Shown: positions 9,239 to 18,535 of the stretch, piece after piece | Layout: each line of letters begins with the position of its first letter | Numbering within the stretch: position 1 is the first letter of the stretch | Source of the DNA: Candidatus Falkowbacteria bacterium | Lineage (GTDB): Bacteria; Patescibacteriota; Patescibacteriia; Patescibacteriales; UBA12465 | Assembly (NCBI GenBank): GCA_026396805.1 | Contig: JAPLVZ010000002.1 | Span: forward strand, 1-57,801 | Direction of reading: 5' to 3' | DNA: 57,801 nt | Program-made: the position numbers and the translations under genes | The notes under the pieces: generated by a model | Databases searched by the model: none | What the model saw: only the letters and a program-made list of their open reading frames with translations | What the model was told of the DNA's origin: nothing

Positions 9239-10453
9239 ATGATAATCGGCATTGACGCTTCACGCGCTAACTTGATCCACAAGACCGGCACCGAATGGTA
9301 CTCTTTTTATTTGATTAAAAATTTAGCGGCCATAGATAAGACCAATATTTATTGGCTCTATCTTAATAAGCCGGCGCGCTCGGAGCTGATTGAGGCGGTT
9401 CGAGATAATCCGAATTTTTCTTTCAAATTTTTAAAGTGGCCGTTTTTTTCTTTTTGGACTTTAGGCCGTTTGACCTTAGAAATGTTATGGTGCCGTCCGG
9501 ACGTTTTGTTCGTTCCGGCCCATACTTTACCGCTATTTAGTCCGCGCCGCACTCTTAATACTATCCATGACATCGCTTTTGTCCGCGCCCATAATCTTTA
9601 TCGGGCAGTGGAGGCGAAGACTAGTTCGGCCGGGACGCGCCGTCTGATTAATTTTTTCGTAAAGCTCTTGACCTTGGGGCGCTATCGCAGCGATTCCGTG
9701 GATTATCTTTATTGGTCGACCGCTTTCGCCCTGCGCCACGCTCGGAAGATTATCGCCGTTTCTGAATTTACTAGGCAAGACATTTTAAATCTTTATCCCA
9801 AGACTCCGGCCGATAAGGTCGTGGTTATTCATAATGGCTATAATAATGAACTATATCGCCGCCTCCAGGCGACCCCGGACAAGACCGCGGCCGTGTTGGA
9901 TAAATACGCTTTAGAAGCGCCATATTTTTTGTATGTCGGACGTCTGGAAAAGAAAAAGAATATTTCCGCTTTAGTGGAAGCTTTCGCTTCTTTAAAAGAA
10001 AACCATCCGGAAATAAAAGCGAAATTAGTCTTAATCGGCGATGCCGGCTTCGGCTATGACGAAATAAGATATATAATTGAAGAATTTAATCTTAATCGTA
10101 AGGTCATCATGCCCGGCTGGGTCGCCGAAGAAGATATGCCTTATATAATGAACGCCGCCGCCGCCTTTATTTTTCCGTCCAAACATGAAGGCTTCGGCAT
10201 TCCGGTTTTGCAGGCTTTGGCCTGCGGCATTCCGACCGCCGTTTCCGATTTACCGGTTTTAAGAGAAGTTGCCGGTGACGCCGTCTTATATTTCAATCAA
10301 AACGACAAACATCTGCTGGCGGAGGCAATGGAGAAAATATTGACTGACGAAGATTTAAGAAAAACCCTGGTGATCAGAGGCCTTGACCGGGTTAAAAAAT
10401 TCAGTTGGCGTAAGTGCGCGGAAGAAACTTTAGCCCTGATCGAGAATCTGTAA
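9239..10453 (+). CDS. GT4 (GT-B) glycosyltransferase
   Basis: GIDAS, TIHD, YVGRLEKKKN, FPSKHEGFGIPVLQALACG, FSWRKCAEET. Confidence 0.93.
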   Translation: MIIGIDASRANLIHKTGTEWYSFYLIKNLAAIDKTNIYWLYLNKPARSELIEAVRDNPNFSFKFLKWPFFSFWTLGRLTLEMLWCRPDVLFVPAHTLPLFSPRRTLNTIHDIAFVRAHNLYRAVEAKTSSAGTRRLINFFVKLLTLGRYRSDSVDYLYWSTAFALRHARKIIAVSEFTRQDILNLYPKTPADKVVVIHNGYNNELYRRLQATPDKTAAVLDKYALEAPYFLYVGRLEKKKNISALVEAFASLKENHPEIKAKLVLIGDAGFGYDEIRYIIEEFNLNRKVIMPGWVAEEDMPYIMNAAAAFIFPSKHEGFGIPVLQALACGIPTAVSDLPVLREVAGDAVLYFNQNDKHLLAEAMEKILTDEDLRKTLVIRGLDRVKKFSWRKCAEETLALIENL

Positions 10454-10488
10454 ATAATAATTTAAATATGCTAGTATTAAGATGTTAT

Positions 10489-12519
10489 ATGAGAAAACTG
10501 ATAACATCTTTTTTTATTCTTTCGTTATTTTTCGTGGAGCCTGTTTTGGCTAATATTACGCCGAACGATTTTTATTATGGTAATCAATGGTATCTGTCTA
10601 AAATTAAGGCTGACAGCGCTTGGGATAAGATTTCCGGCAGTCCGGATATGGTTATCGCGGTGATTGATTCCGGAATCCAGATAAATCATCCCGACTTAAA
10701 AAATAATATTTGGAAAAATGCTCGGGAGATTCCGGGTAATAATATTGACGATGATCAGAACGGCTTTATCGACGATGTTAGCGGTTGGGATTTCGTCAAT
10801 AATCTCCCTGATCCGTCGCCGAAATTTACGGCCGGCTGGACCGAGGCCGGAGTTTCCCACGGCACGATGGTCGCGGGGGTTATCGCCGCAAGCGGAAATA
10901 ATAATGAAGGCGTCGCCGGCGTTACTTGGCAAGCGCAGATAATGGCTCTAAAAGTTTTAAATGATAGTGGCGAAGGAAGATTAAGCAATGTCATCAGAGC
11001 GATCGATTACGCGACGAGTAACGGCGCGGATATAATTAATTTAAGTTTTGTTTCTTTTAATTATAGCGAGGGGATGCAAGAAGCGATCCGACGCGCGCAT
11101 AAGGCCGGAATCATGATTGTGGCCGCCGCCGGCAACGAACAAACGGGCGGCGTCGGTTATGATATTGAAAAAACGCCTATTTATCCGGCTTGTTATGACG
11201 GCGAGCTTATCGGGGAAAATATGGTTATCGGCGTAGCCGCGACGGACGCGCTCGATCAGAAAACGAAATTTTCCAGTTATGGATCGCGTTGCGTTGATCT
11301 GGTCGCTCCGGGCATAAGCTTTTTCAGCACGGTGACCGCCGGCAGCGTGCCCGACTATCCGGATAAGATTTATGACGGCTATTGGTCGGGCACTTCGATG
11401 GCCGCGCCCCAAGTGGCGGCGACCCTGGCTCTCATCGCCCAAGCCAATCCGGAATTAAGCCGCCGGGAAATCGTCAATATCTTATTCGCTTCCACCGATA
11501 ATATCAGCCGGCTTAACCCCGATTATCCGGGCCAGCTCGGCAACGGGCGCTTGAATGTTGATCGAGCGGTAGAAATGGCTAAAGAAAAATTATATAGCCG
11601 CGTCGGGCGCTTGGTCGTCTTACCGCAAAGCGTCGCTAAGAATAGGCCGGCTAAATTAACCGCCGCGACCGGAGAATTAGTCAGCAACCTGTCTTTAGAC
11701 CTTAAGGGCGGAGAAAGCATCGCTGTCGGAGACGTCAACGGCGACGGTAATCAAGAAATGGTTATCGGATCCGGAGCCAACACCGTTCCCGAAGTTTTGA
11801 TATATAGCAGTGCCGGCAAGCTGATTAAGAAACTCTTGGTTTTTGATAAATATTGGCGCGGCGGCCTAAGCGTCGCCTTGATTGATACTGACGGCGATGA
11901 GCAGATGGAAATCGCCACGGCTCAAGCGGCCGGCGGTACCGGACAAATTAAAATTTTTAATTTTAACGGCCAATTAAAAACGCAATTTTTAGCGGACAGT
12001 AAATATTGGCGCGGCGGTTTGAATTTGGCGGCCGGCGACATTGACGGCGACGGCGACCAGGAAATAGTGGCCGCTTACGGCGCCGGGACCGAACCGCAAG
12101 TCCGAATTTTTAACGCGAGCGGTCAAATTGCCGGTATTTTCTTGGCTTATGAAAAAAAATTCCGCGGCGGTGTCAAGGTGGCGGTCGCGAATCTTAACGG
12201 CCGCAAAAATCATAATCAGGCCGACATTATCACGGCGCCGGGCAAGGGCCGCGATCCGCAAATTAAGATTTTTAACAATCGGGCTATCTTAGCGCGCCAG
12301 TTCTTAGCTTATGGCCGTAATTGGCAAGGCGGAGTAAATCTGGCCGCCGGCGACCTTAATAATGACGGTTTGCCGGAAATAGCGACGGCCGCCCAGACGG
12401 GCGCCGCGCCGCATGTCCGCGTTTTTGACGGTCGGGGCGAGTTGATGGAATCATTTTACGCTTGGGAAGAAAACTGGAACGGCGGCGTAAATATTGGTAT
12501 AATAAAAATTGGCAATTAA
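10489..12519 (+). CDS. Secreted S8 (subtilisin) peptidase with C-terminal FG-GAP-like repeats (start likely 10489)
   Basis: Signal peptide; triad motifs IAVIDSG, SHGTMVAG, SGTSMAAP; repeated GD.NGDG..EI and (W/F)RGG repeats. Confidence 0.92.
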   Translation: MRKLITSFFILSLFFVEPVLANITPNDFYYGNQWYLSKIKADSAWDKISGSPDMVIAVIDSGIQINHPDLKNNIWKNAREIPGNNIDDDQNGFIDDVSGWDFVNNLPDPSPKFTAGWTEAGVSHGTMVAGVIAASGNNNEGVAGVTWQAQIMALKVLNDSGEGRLSNVIRAIDYATSNGADIINLSFVSFNYSEGMQEAIRRAHKAGIMIVAAAGNEQTGGVGYDIEKTPIYPACYDGELIGENMVIGVAATDALDQKTKFSSYGSRCVDLVAPGISFFSTVTAGSVPDYPDKIYDGYWSGTSMAAPQVAATLALIAQANPELSRREIVNILFASTDNISRLNPDYPGQLGNGRLNVDRAVEMAKEKLYSRVGRLVVLPQSVAKNRPAKLTAATGELVSNLSLDLKGGESIAVGDVNGDGNQEMVIGSGANTVPEVLIYSSAGKLIKKLLVFDKYWRGGLSVALIDTDGDEQMEIATAQAAGGTGQIKIFNFNGQLKTQFLADSKYWRGGLNLAAGDIDGDGDQEIVAAYGAGTEPQVRIFNASGQIAGIFLAYEKKFRGGVKVAVANLNGRKNHNQADIITAPGKGRDPQIKIFNNRAILARQFLAYGRNWQGGVNLAAGDLNNDGLPEIATAAQTGAAPHVRVFDGRGELMESFYAWEENWNGGVNIGIIKIGN

Positions 12520-12550
12520 TAGTCCTAATTAATTCACGCATATCTCTCAT

Positions 12551-13573
12551 ATGTCTAAACAAGTCATTTTTGACAAGAAGAATATCCTCGTCGCCGGCGG
12601 CGCCGGTTTTATCGGTTCGCACCTTTGCGATGAGCTGATTAAGAATAATAAGGTTATCTGCGTGGATAATTTTATCACCGGCAGCGAGCGCAATATCGAT
12701 CATCTGCTCGCCAATCCTGATTTTATCTTCATCAATCATGATTTATCCAAGCCTTTGGATTTGGAAGCGATTCTGGAGTTGAAGAAATTCAAGGTAGAAT
12801 TTCAGGGTTTGCAGGAAATTTATAATTTGGCTTGTCCGATGTCGCCGCGCCGTTTCTTGGAAAACCGCTTAGCGACGCTTCTGGCTAGTTCTTATGTCGT
12901 CAAAAATCTTTTGGATCTGGCCGTTAAATATAGTTCTAAATTTTTGCAGTTTTCTTCGTCCGTAGTTTATGGACCGCGCCAAGCGGATAATCCCGGTTTA
13001 AAAGTGAAGGAAAGCGATTGGGGCATGGTGGATCAATTATCCGAGCGCAGCTCTTATGATGAAGGCAAGCGTTTCGCGGAAACTATCGTCAGCAATTACC
13101 GCTCCCTTTATAACGTGGACGCGCGCATTTTGCGCCTCTTCCGCGTTTATGGTCCGCGCATGGAAGCGAACGACGATCAGATGATACCTGATTTCATCAA
13201 AGACGCTTTGGATAATAAAGATATTACCATCAGCGGCGACAAGAATTTTTCTTCTTCTTTCTGTTATATAGACGATGTTTTAGACGCAACGGGTAAGTTC
13301 ATGAATTCCGAGATTCCGGGTCCGATAAATATCGGTTCGGATGTGGATATTAATCTGACCGATTTAGTGAAGACGATAATTAATTTAACTAAATCAAGCT
13401 CTAAGATCGTTTATGTTGCCAATAAATTATTCCTAAGCGAATTAGTCTTGCCGGATATTCATCTGGCGCGCAACGAACTGGGCTGGATGCCGGTCGTGAC
13501 GCTGGAGAACGGCCTGAAAAAGACTATTTTCGATATTGAAGCCAATAAGAGATTGCAAGGGTTTGGCAGTTAA
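12551..13573 (+). CDS. NAD-dependent epimerase/dehydratase, UDP-glucuronate decarboxylase-like
   Basis: GGAGFIGSHL, IYNLACP, YDEGKRFAE, RVYGPRM. Confidence 0.85.
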   Translation: MSKQVIFDKKNILVAGGAGFIGSHLCDELIKNNKVICVDNFITGSERNIDHLLANPDFIFINHDLSKPLDLEAILELKKFKVEFQGLQEIYNLACPMSPRRFLENRLATLLASSYVVKNLLDLAVKYSSKFLQFSSSVVYGPRQADNPGLKVKESDWGMVDQLSERSSYDEGKRFAETIVSNYRSLYNVDARILRLFRVYGPRMEANDDQMIPDFIKDALDNKDITISGDKNFSSSFCYIDDVLDATGKFMNSEIPGPINIGSDVDINLTDLVKTIINLTKSSSKIVYVANKLFLSELVLPDIHLARNELGWMPVVTLENGLKKTIFDIEANKRLQGFGS

Positions 13574-13611
13574 TCGAAGTCGTGGGTTCTTAATTATAAA
13601 TTAGTTTCATA

Positions 13612-13638
13612 AAAAGACCGGTTACGCGCCGGTCTTTT
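13612..13638. terminator. Bidirectional terminator-like hairpin between convergent genes
   Basis: AAAAGACCGG / CCGGTCTTTT with a 7-nt loop. Confidence 0.7.
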
Positions 13639-14698
13639 CGGTCATCAATAATATTTTTTCCCTTAAATCATTCTCATCTCCGGGCGCGAATAATCGATCA
13701 TCTTTTCCCATCAATTCCGGAACGCCGCCGAGGCGGCTAGCGATAACCGGCAGGCCGGCGGCCTGGGCGCCATAAATAGTCGTCGGTGAATTTTCATAAC
13801 ATAAGGAGGGAACGATCAGACAATCGCTCGCCGCTTTTACTTTTTCCGTTTCTTCATAAGAGAGCGGTCCTAAGAATTTTATTCGCGCGTCAGTACCGGC
13901 GGCCGCGCGCGCCTTCTCCAGGCTGCCGCCGCCGCCGCGAATGGCGATCGTTAAAGTTAATTCCGGCCGTTTTATTTTCTTGAAAGCGTTAATAAGTAAA
14001 AATATTCCTTTCTGTTCTTCAACTTGGCCGATAAAAAGAAAATTTTTGGCTAGACCGTTCCGAAGTGGATTTTGAATTGTCGTTTTCGGCCAAATAAAGG
14101 GTCTGACTTCATGTTCGGAATCCTTGAAAAAGCCGCGCTGTTTATGCATTTCCAGAAGCCAATCAGACGGCGAGGTTACTTTAACCGGGGAGGCGAAGAG
14201 AGCGCGCGTTAAGGCCTGATAGATTTTGGCCGTCGGTTTATTTATTTTCTGTTCCCGCTTGAAAATCATCAGTCCCGAAGGGTGAAGGAGTTGGATGTCG
14301 TGCAGCCAATGTTCGTGGCGGATATTCAGTTGCCTTAAAACGGACGGAACCATAAATCCTAAACCCATCAGATTGTGCGTGATGATTAAATCCGGTTTTT
14401 CCAGTTTCAGAATTTTTTTTATTTCTCCCGCTTTCCTAAAAGAAAAAATATTGCCGATTTGCCAGAGAGCGCGGTAAAACCGGGAACGCTTATTCAGATT
14501 ATAGAATTCGGAGTTTATATAATAGATTTTGGCGTCTCCGTTCATTATTTCGACTTTCCGGCCACTTTTAGGCCGTGTCGTAATCATAAAAACTTGTTGG
14601 CCGTCCGCCCGGAAATTATTCGCCATAATATTTACGGCCGTCTCCGCGCCGCCGCGGCTGTATTCTCCATATAAATTGTGCATCAGGCCTATTTTCAT
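13622..14698 (-). CDS. GT4 glycosyltransferase
   Basis: GGAE, HN..G, LHD, FIGQVEEQKG, PSLCYENSP, ASRLGGVPE. Confidence 0.9.
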   Translation of the reverse strand: MKIGLMHNLYGEYSRGGAETAVNIMANNFRADGQQVFMITTRPKSGRKVEIMNGDAKIYYINSEFYNLNKRSRFYRALWQIGNIFSFRKAGEIKKILKLEKPDLIITHNLMGLGFMVPSVLRQLNIRHEHWLHDIQLLHPSGLMIFKREQKINKPTAKIYQALTRALFASPVKVTSPSDWLLEMHKQRGFFKDSEHEVRPFIWPKTTIQNPLRNGLAKNFLFIGQVEEQKGIFLLINAFKKIKRPELTLTIAIRGGGGSLEKARAAAGTDARIKFLGPLSYEETEKVKAASDCLIVPSLCYENSPTTIYGAQAAGLPVIASRLGGVPELMGKDDRLFAPGDENDLREKILLMTEKTGA

Positions 14699-14833
14699 AT
14701 ATGTTTAATGATTATATAATTTAAAGTTCTAAAAATATTTTTTCCGTTCAGGATTTTTTCTGTGGGAAAAAATTATTATCATAACTTTTTCCTCTACGAA
14801 AAAATATTCACTCCAAAAACATTTTTATTGGTT

Positions 14834-15961
14834 TTATTTAAATAATCCTTTAAGCCTATCAGCCATCATCTCTTCGCCATATTTGGTTTCAGCCAACACT
14901 CTGGCTTTTCGCGCCATTTCTTCGGGCATCGCCTTATCGCTCATAAATAACGTCAACTTTTTTTCTAAATCAGAAACACTGCCTGGTTCGACCAGTAATC
15001 CTTCTTCGCGGTCAGTAAAGACGCGGCGAACGCCAGGCAAGTCCGACGCCATTACCGGCACGCCGCAAGCCAGCGCTTCTATCAAGACGATACCGAAAGC
15101 CTCATTGCTATTAATTGACGGTAAAATTAATAAATCAGCTTTTTGAAAAACGCGGATAAGGTCCGAGCCGCTTAATTTACCGGCAAACTTCACTTTTTTT
15201 TCTAATCCGAGACGAAGCGCCAGCGCTTCATATTCCGGCCGCTTATCGCCGTCGCCCACTAGCGTCAATTCAAAGTTAAAATTATCTAATCCCGCGGCCG
15301 CGCGCAGTAACACCTCTACGCCCTTGAAATAATGGGCCGCGTCCAGTCCGCCGACAAACAATAAATTAAAGCGATTTTTCTTGATGAAGTTCGCGCTGAT
15401 AAAATTAATGATGGCTTTGGCCTGGGCGAGCAGAGGATTCTTAGCCGGCCGTTTCAGCTCGCTCGGGCGGAATTTTTTTAAGTCCACCGCGAAGGGGATT
15501 TCTCGGAATTTTTCGGGGTGAGCCCTGTAATAATTTTTTATTCTGGATTGACGCACATAATCCAGACTGGCCGTAACGATTATTTCCGCCTGCTTCAGTA
15601 AGGACGCGCGAATCAGGCGGCTCGGCCAGCTTAGTATTTTAGCCAGCGGGCTCAAGCCGACGACATCCATATGATAATGGATTATCAATTTCGGTTTCTG
15701 ATTGAATATTTTAATCAGCCAAACGATTTCCGCCGTGCCGAAATACGGATAATGAAGATAAATATAATCAAATGATTTTAAGCGCCATAAAAGAGATCCC
15801 AAAACAGAACCGTGGCCGTATTTCAGCCACGGTTTCAGGTGGGACGGCGTAAAATCCACGACCTCGTGTTCGGATCTTAATATTTGACTGATTCGGTCGG
15901 CGCTACTGGCGATACCGCCGGCATAGGGCGGCCAGGCGCAAACGATGGAAGCGATTTTCAT
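14834..15961 (-). CDS. GT4 glycosyltransferase
   Basis: PYAGG, FVGGLD..HYFKG, LPS...EAFGIVLIEALACG. Confidence 0.92.
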   Translation of the reverse strand: MKIASIVCAWPPYAGGIASSADRISQILRSEHEVVDFTPSHLKPWLKYGHGSVLGSLLWRLKSFDYIYLHYPYFGTAEIVWLIKIFNQKPKLIIHYHMDVVGLSPLAKILSWPSRLIRASLLKQAEIIVTASLDYVRQSRIKNYYRAHPEKFREIPFAVDLKKFRPSELKRPAKNPLLAQAKAIINFISANFIKKNRFNLLFVGGLDAAHYFKGVEVLLRAAAGLDNFNFELTLVGDGDKRPEYEALALRLGLEKKVKFAGKLSGSDLIRVFQKADLLILPSINSNEAFGIVLIEALACGVPVMASDLPGVRRVFTDREEGLLVEPGSVSDLEKKLTLFMSDKAMPEEMARKARVLAETKYGEEMMADRLKGLFK

Positions 15962-15964
15962 GTT

Positions 15965-16285
15965 TTATTTCTTTAAGGTTATTTGGCGGACGATTTCCGT
16001 GAGATTTTTATCCATTTTCGCGTGATCTAACTGAAGTCGGAAAATGAGATAGAATAAGGCTAAAACCGCGATATAAATCAGAAAATTAATGCCGCTGCCG
16101 GAAAAACCGAGCCAGGCGACCAGGCGGTCTATCTGTTTGATGAAGATGATGGCGGCCGCGGCGACCAGCCAGAAGGCGAGCCATAAAGAAAATTCGTTGT
16201 GACTGATAATTTTTTTCTTTTTTTGCGCGGCGAGCCGAAAAACGAAAAAGATGATTATGACGATGGCGATTATCTGCTGCAGCAT
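15965..16285 (-). CDS. DUF2304-like small membrane protein
   Basis: Three TM segments, LG...G.NFLIY, C-terminal LTEIVRQI coil; typical partner of the adjacent GT2. Confidence 0.75.
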   Translation of the reverse strand: MLQQIIAIVIIIFFVFRLAAQKKKKIISHNEFSLWLAFWLVAAAAIIFIKQIDRLVAWLGFSGSGINFLIYIAVLALFYLIFRLQLDHAKMDKNLTEIVRQITLKK

Positions 16286-16355
16286 AGATTTATTTTGTTG
16301 ATTTATTTATTTATTAGTTTACCTTTTTTAATTTATTTATTTTAGGCCTTTTAAC

Positions 16356-17018
16356 TTATTTGATTATTTTATGGATTAATAAGTCTCTGATGACTTTGAA
16401 ACCGCCGGCCAGCTTTTGGCCGAAATGATGATAGACGACGGTAATCGGCACTTCCGCTATCCGTAATTTTTCTTGGAAAGCTTTTATTTGGATTTCGCTG
16501 TTGTGAGCCATTCCCCGGTTATTTATTCTGATCCGCCTAGCGGCCGCTTGACTAAGCGCCCTAAAACCGTTTTGCGGATCGCTTAACTTTATCCCAAGAA
16601 TCACGCGCGTAAAAAGTCGCGCGAGCGGCATGATCAGATATTTTTTAAACGTCGGCAAATTAGATTTTTTCCCCAAGAAACGGGAACCGAAAACAATATC
16701 GGCGCGCCCCGCCAGTATCGGCGCGACCATATCTTTTATTTCGCTCGCCAAGAATTGGTCGTCGGCGTCAAAATGGACGATGATATCGGCCTGATGCTCC
16801 AGGGCGTAATCATTGCCGGTCTGCAGAGCCGCGCCTTGTCCGCGGTTGAGCGGATGGCGGAAAACTATCGCGCCCGCCTGTTTCGCCAAATCAAAAGTAT
16901 CATCTCGGGAGCAATCATCTACGACCACCACCTCATCGACAAAGGGGCGGACGCCGCTCACGACCAGCGAAATATTTTTAGCTTCATTATAAGCGGGGAT
17001 GACGCAGGTTATTTTCAT
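16356..17018 (-). CDS. GT2 glycosyltransferase (polyprenol-phosphate glycosyltransferase-like)
   Basis: VIPAYNE, VVDDCSRD, NRGQGAA, FDADDQ, GSRF, SDPQNGFR. Confidence 0.93.
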   Translation of the reverse strand: MKITCVIPAYNEAKNISLVVSGVRPFVDEVVVVDDCSRDDTFDLAKQAGAIVFRHPLNRGQGAALQTGNDYALEHQADIIVHFDADDQFLASEIKDMVAPILAGRADIVFGSRFLGKKSNLPTFKKYLIMPLARLFTRVILGIKLSDPQNGFRALSQAAARRIRINNRGMAHNSEIQIKAFQEKLRIAEVPITVVYHHFGQKLAGGFKVIRDLLIHKIIK

Positions 17019-17020
17019 AT

Positions 17021-18031
17021 TTATATTAATCCGTCTTTGGTTTTTCTGAAGTGGTCGTCGGCTAAAGGGCGGAAGCCATTTTTTAGCGCCAGTTTTTCCA
17101 GCTTGGTTTGATAGTTCTTAAATTCTTGGCCGCGCGCTTCAATCAGAAATTTTTTCAGAGCCGGCGTAATTTTTAAAATTTCAAATAAACCGATGGCGCG
17201 GCGCTGGTCGGGAGCGGTTTTTTTAACTTTCCTTTTCAAGACGGCTAAGCGCTGACTGACAATCATCTTCAGGCTATCCAGTTTCAATTTCAAGGGCAAC
17301 GGCCAGGCTATTATTTTTTCCAGCACCTCCCAAGAGTTATCGGCCTCAATCGTGCCGAAAACCAAGCGTCCGCTCGCCGCCGCCCGGATGGCCAGTCCTA
17401 AGGCCTTAGTTTCATCAAGATCGTCGGCTAAGATTATTTCCGAATCCAGAGTCAGGATTTTTTCCCAGTTAGTCGCGGTTGGAACTAAAGAGACAATTCC
17501 CGGAATCTCATAAGCGCGATGTTTCAGAAAAGAATAAATGCTCTTATTAGAATCACTTAATTCAAGAAGCAGGGAATTAAGGGTGGCGCTTTTGCCGCCG
17601 CCGCCGGGAGAACCGATAAGTATCAGTCCCGACTTTAAGCCCAGAGATTTTTTTATTTCCTGAAGCTCGGACCGTTGCAGGCCGAGCTGGTTGAGGCGCC
17701 AGAGAGTAGCCGGTGGCTTAATGAGATTAATAATCATCTTTTCGCCGCTCGCCTCCGGCAGAATGGTCAGATAAAAATTCAAACAGCCGGTCCGATGGGG
17801 CAGCCGGCCATATTTTTGGGCGGTGAATTCTCCGGGAGCGACGGTTAATATTCTTCTTAGACTGGAAAATAATTCTTGTTCCAGTTTTTTTGGCAAGACT
17901 AAGCTTCGTTTGGCTCGCCCGACAAAATAACAATCCAAAATCAGCTGGTCGGCCTGCCTGGTGATAACCAAATTATCCGCTCCTTCGCCGGCGGCGTAAT
18001 TGAATATTTTAGTAATAATTTTTTGGCTCAT
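17021..18031 (-). CDS. Degenerate PilB/GspE-family secretion ATPase
   Basis: GEKMII, L.QLGL, GLILIGSPGGGKSATL, IVSQRL, R.AIGLFEIL, GFRPL..D...K...G; Asp-box and His-box not conserved. Confidence 0.75.
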   Translation of the reverse strand: MSQKIITKIFNYAAGEGADNLVITRQADQLILDCYFVGRAKRSLVLPKKLEQELFSSLRRILTVAPGEFTAQKYGRLPHRTGCLNFYLTILPEASGEKMIINLIKPPATLWRLNQLGLQRSELQEIKKSLGLKSGLILIGSPGGGGKSATLNSLLLELSDSNKSIYSFLKHRAYEIPGIVSLVPTATNWEKILTLDSEIILADDLDETKALGLAIRAAASGRLVFGTIEADNSWEVLEKIIAWPLPLKLKLDSLKMIVSQRLAVLKRKVKKTAPDQRRAIGLFEILKITPALKKFLIEARGQEFKNYQTKLEKLALKNGFRPLADDHFRKTKDGLI

Positions 18032-18112
18032 AATATCTTAATTATAACATAGTTTTGTATTATTTTAAAATGTGATAAACTAAAAATAAAGAGATTATTC
18101 GCTTATTTTTTT

Positions 18113-18526
18113 ATGGCTTATTCTAATTTTTACGCCAATTTTTACTCTTTCTGTCAAGAAATAAGGGCTGCGGGCGCGGCGCTTTGGCGTTTTATCCCGA
18201 GCCGCTTTTATTTAGGGATAGCCGTTCTCTTGCAGGCCGCCAGTTGGTTACAAGCGATTTTTATTTATAAGCACCTAAGCGGAGAACTCCTGGTTCTTCA
18301 TTATAATATCGATTTCGGCATCAATTTGATCGGAGAACCGCGACGGATATTTTTGTATCCGCTGTTTGGTTTGGGAATTTTCGCGCTGAATTGGATAATC
18401 GCCGCCGCCCTGCGCCGGCGTCAGTATTTTCGTTTATTCACTCATCTCCTCCTGACGGCCGCTCTGTTATTTTCTTTATTCGTCAGTTTGGCTTTAATGT
18501 TTATTTATTTGATTAATTTTAGATAA
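18113..18526 (+). CDS. Membrane protein (DUF1648-like)
   Basis: Three TM segments with LVLHYNIDFGINLIG motif. Confidence 0.6.
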   Translation: MAYSNFYANFYSFCQEIRAAGAALWRFIPSRFYLGIAVLLQAASWLQAIFIYKHLSGELLVLHYNIDFGINLIGEPRRIFLYPLFGLGIFALNWIIAAALRRRQYFRLFTHLLLTAALLFSLFVSLALMFIYLINFR

Positions 18527-18535
18527 CCTCGCTTT

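Noticed and set aside
14740-14815. Imperfect A/T-rich hairpin between the two minus-strand GT4 genes
   Set aside because: Pairing is mostly between A-runs and T-runs, as expected by chance in AT-rich spacers.
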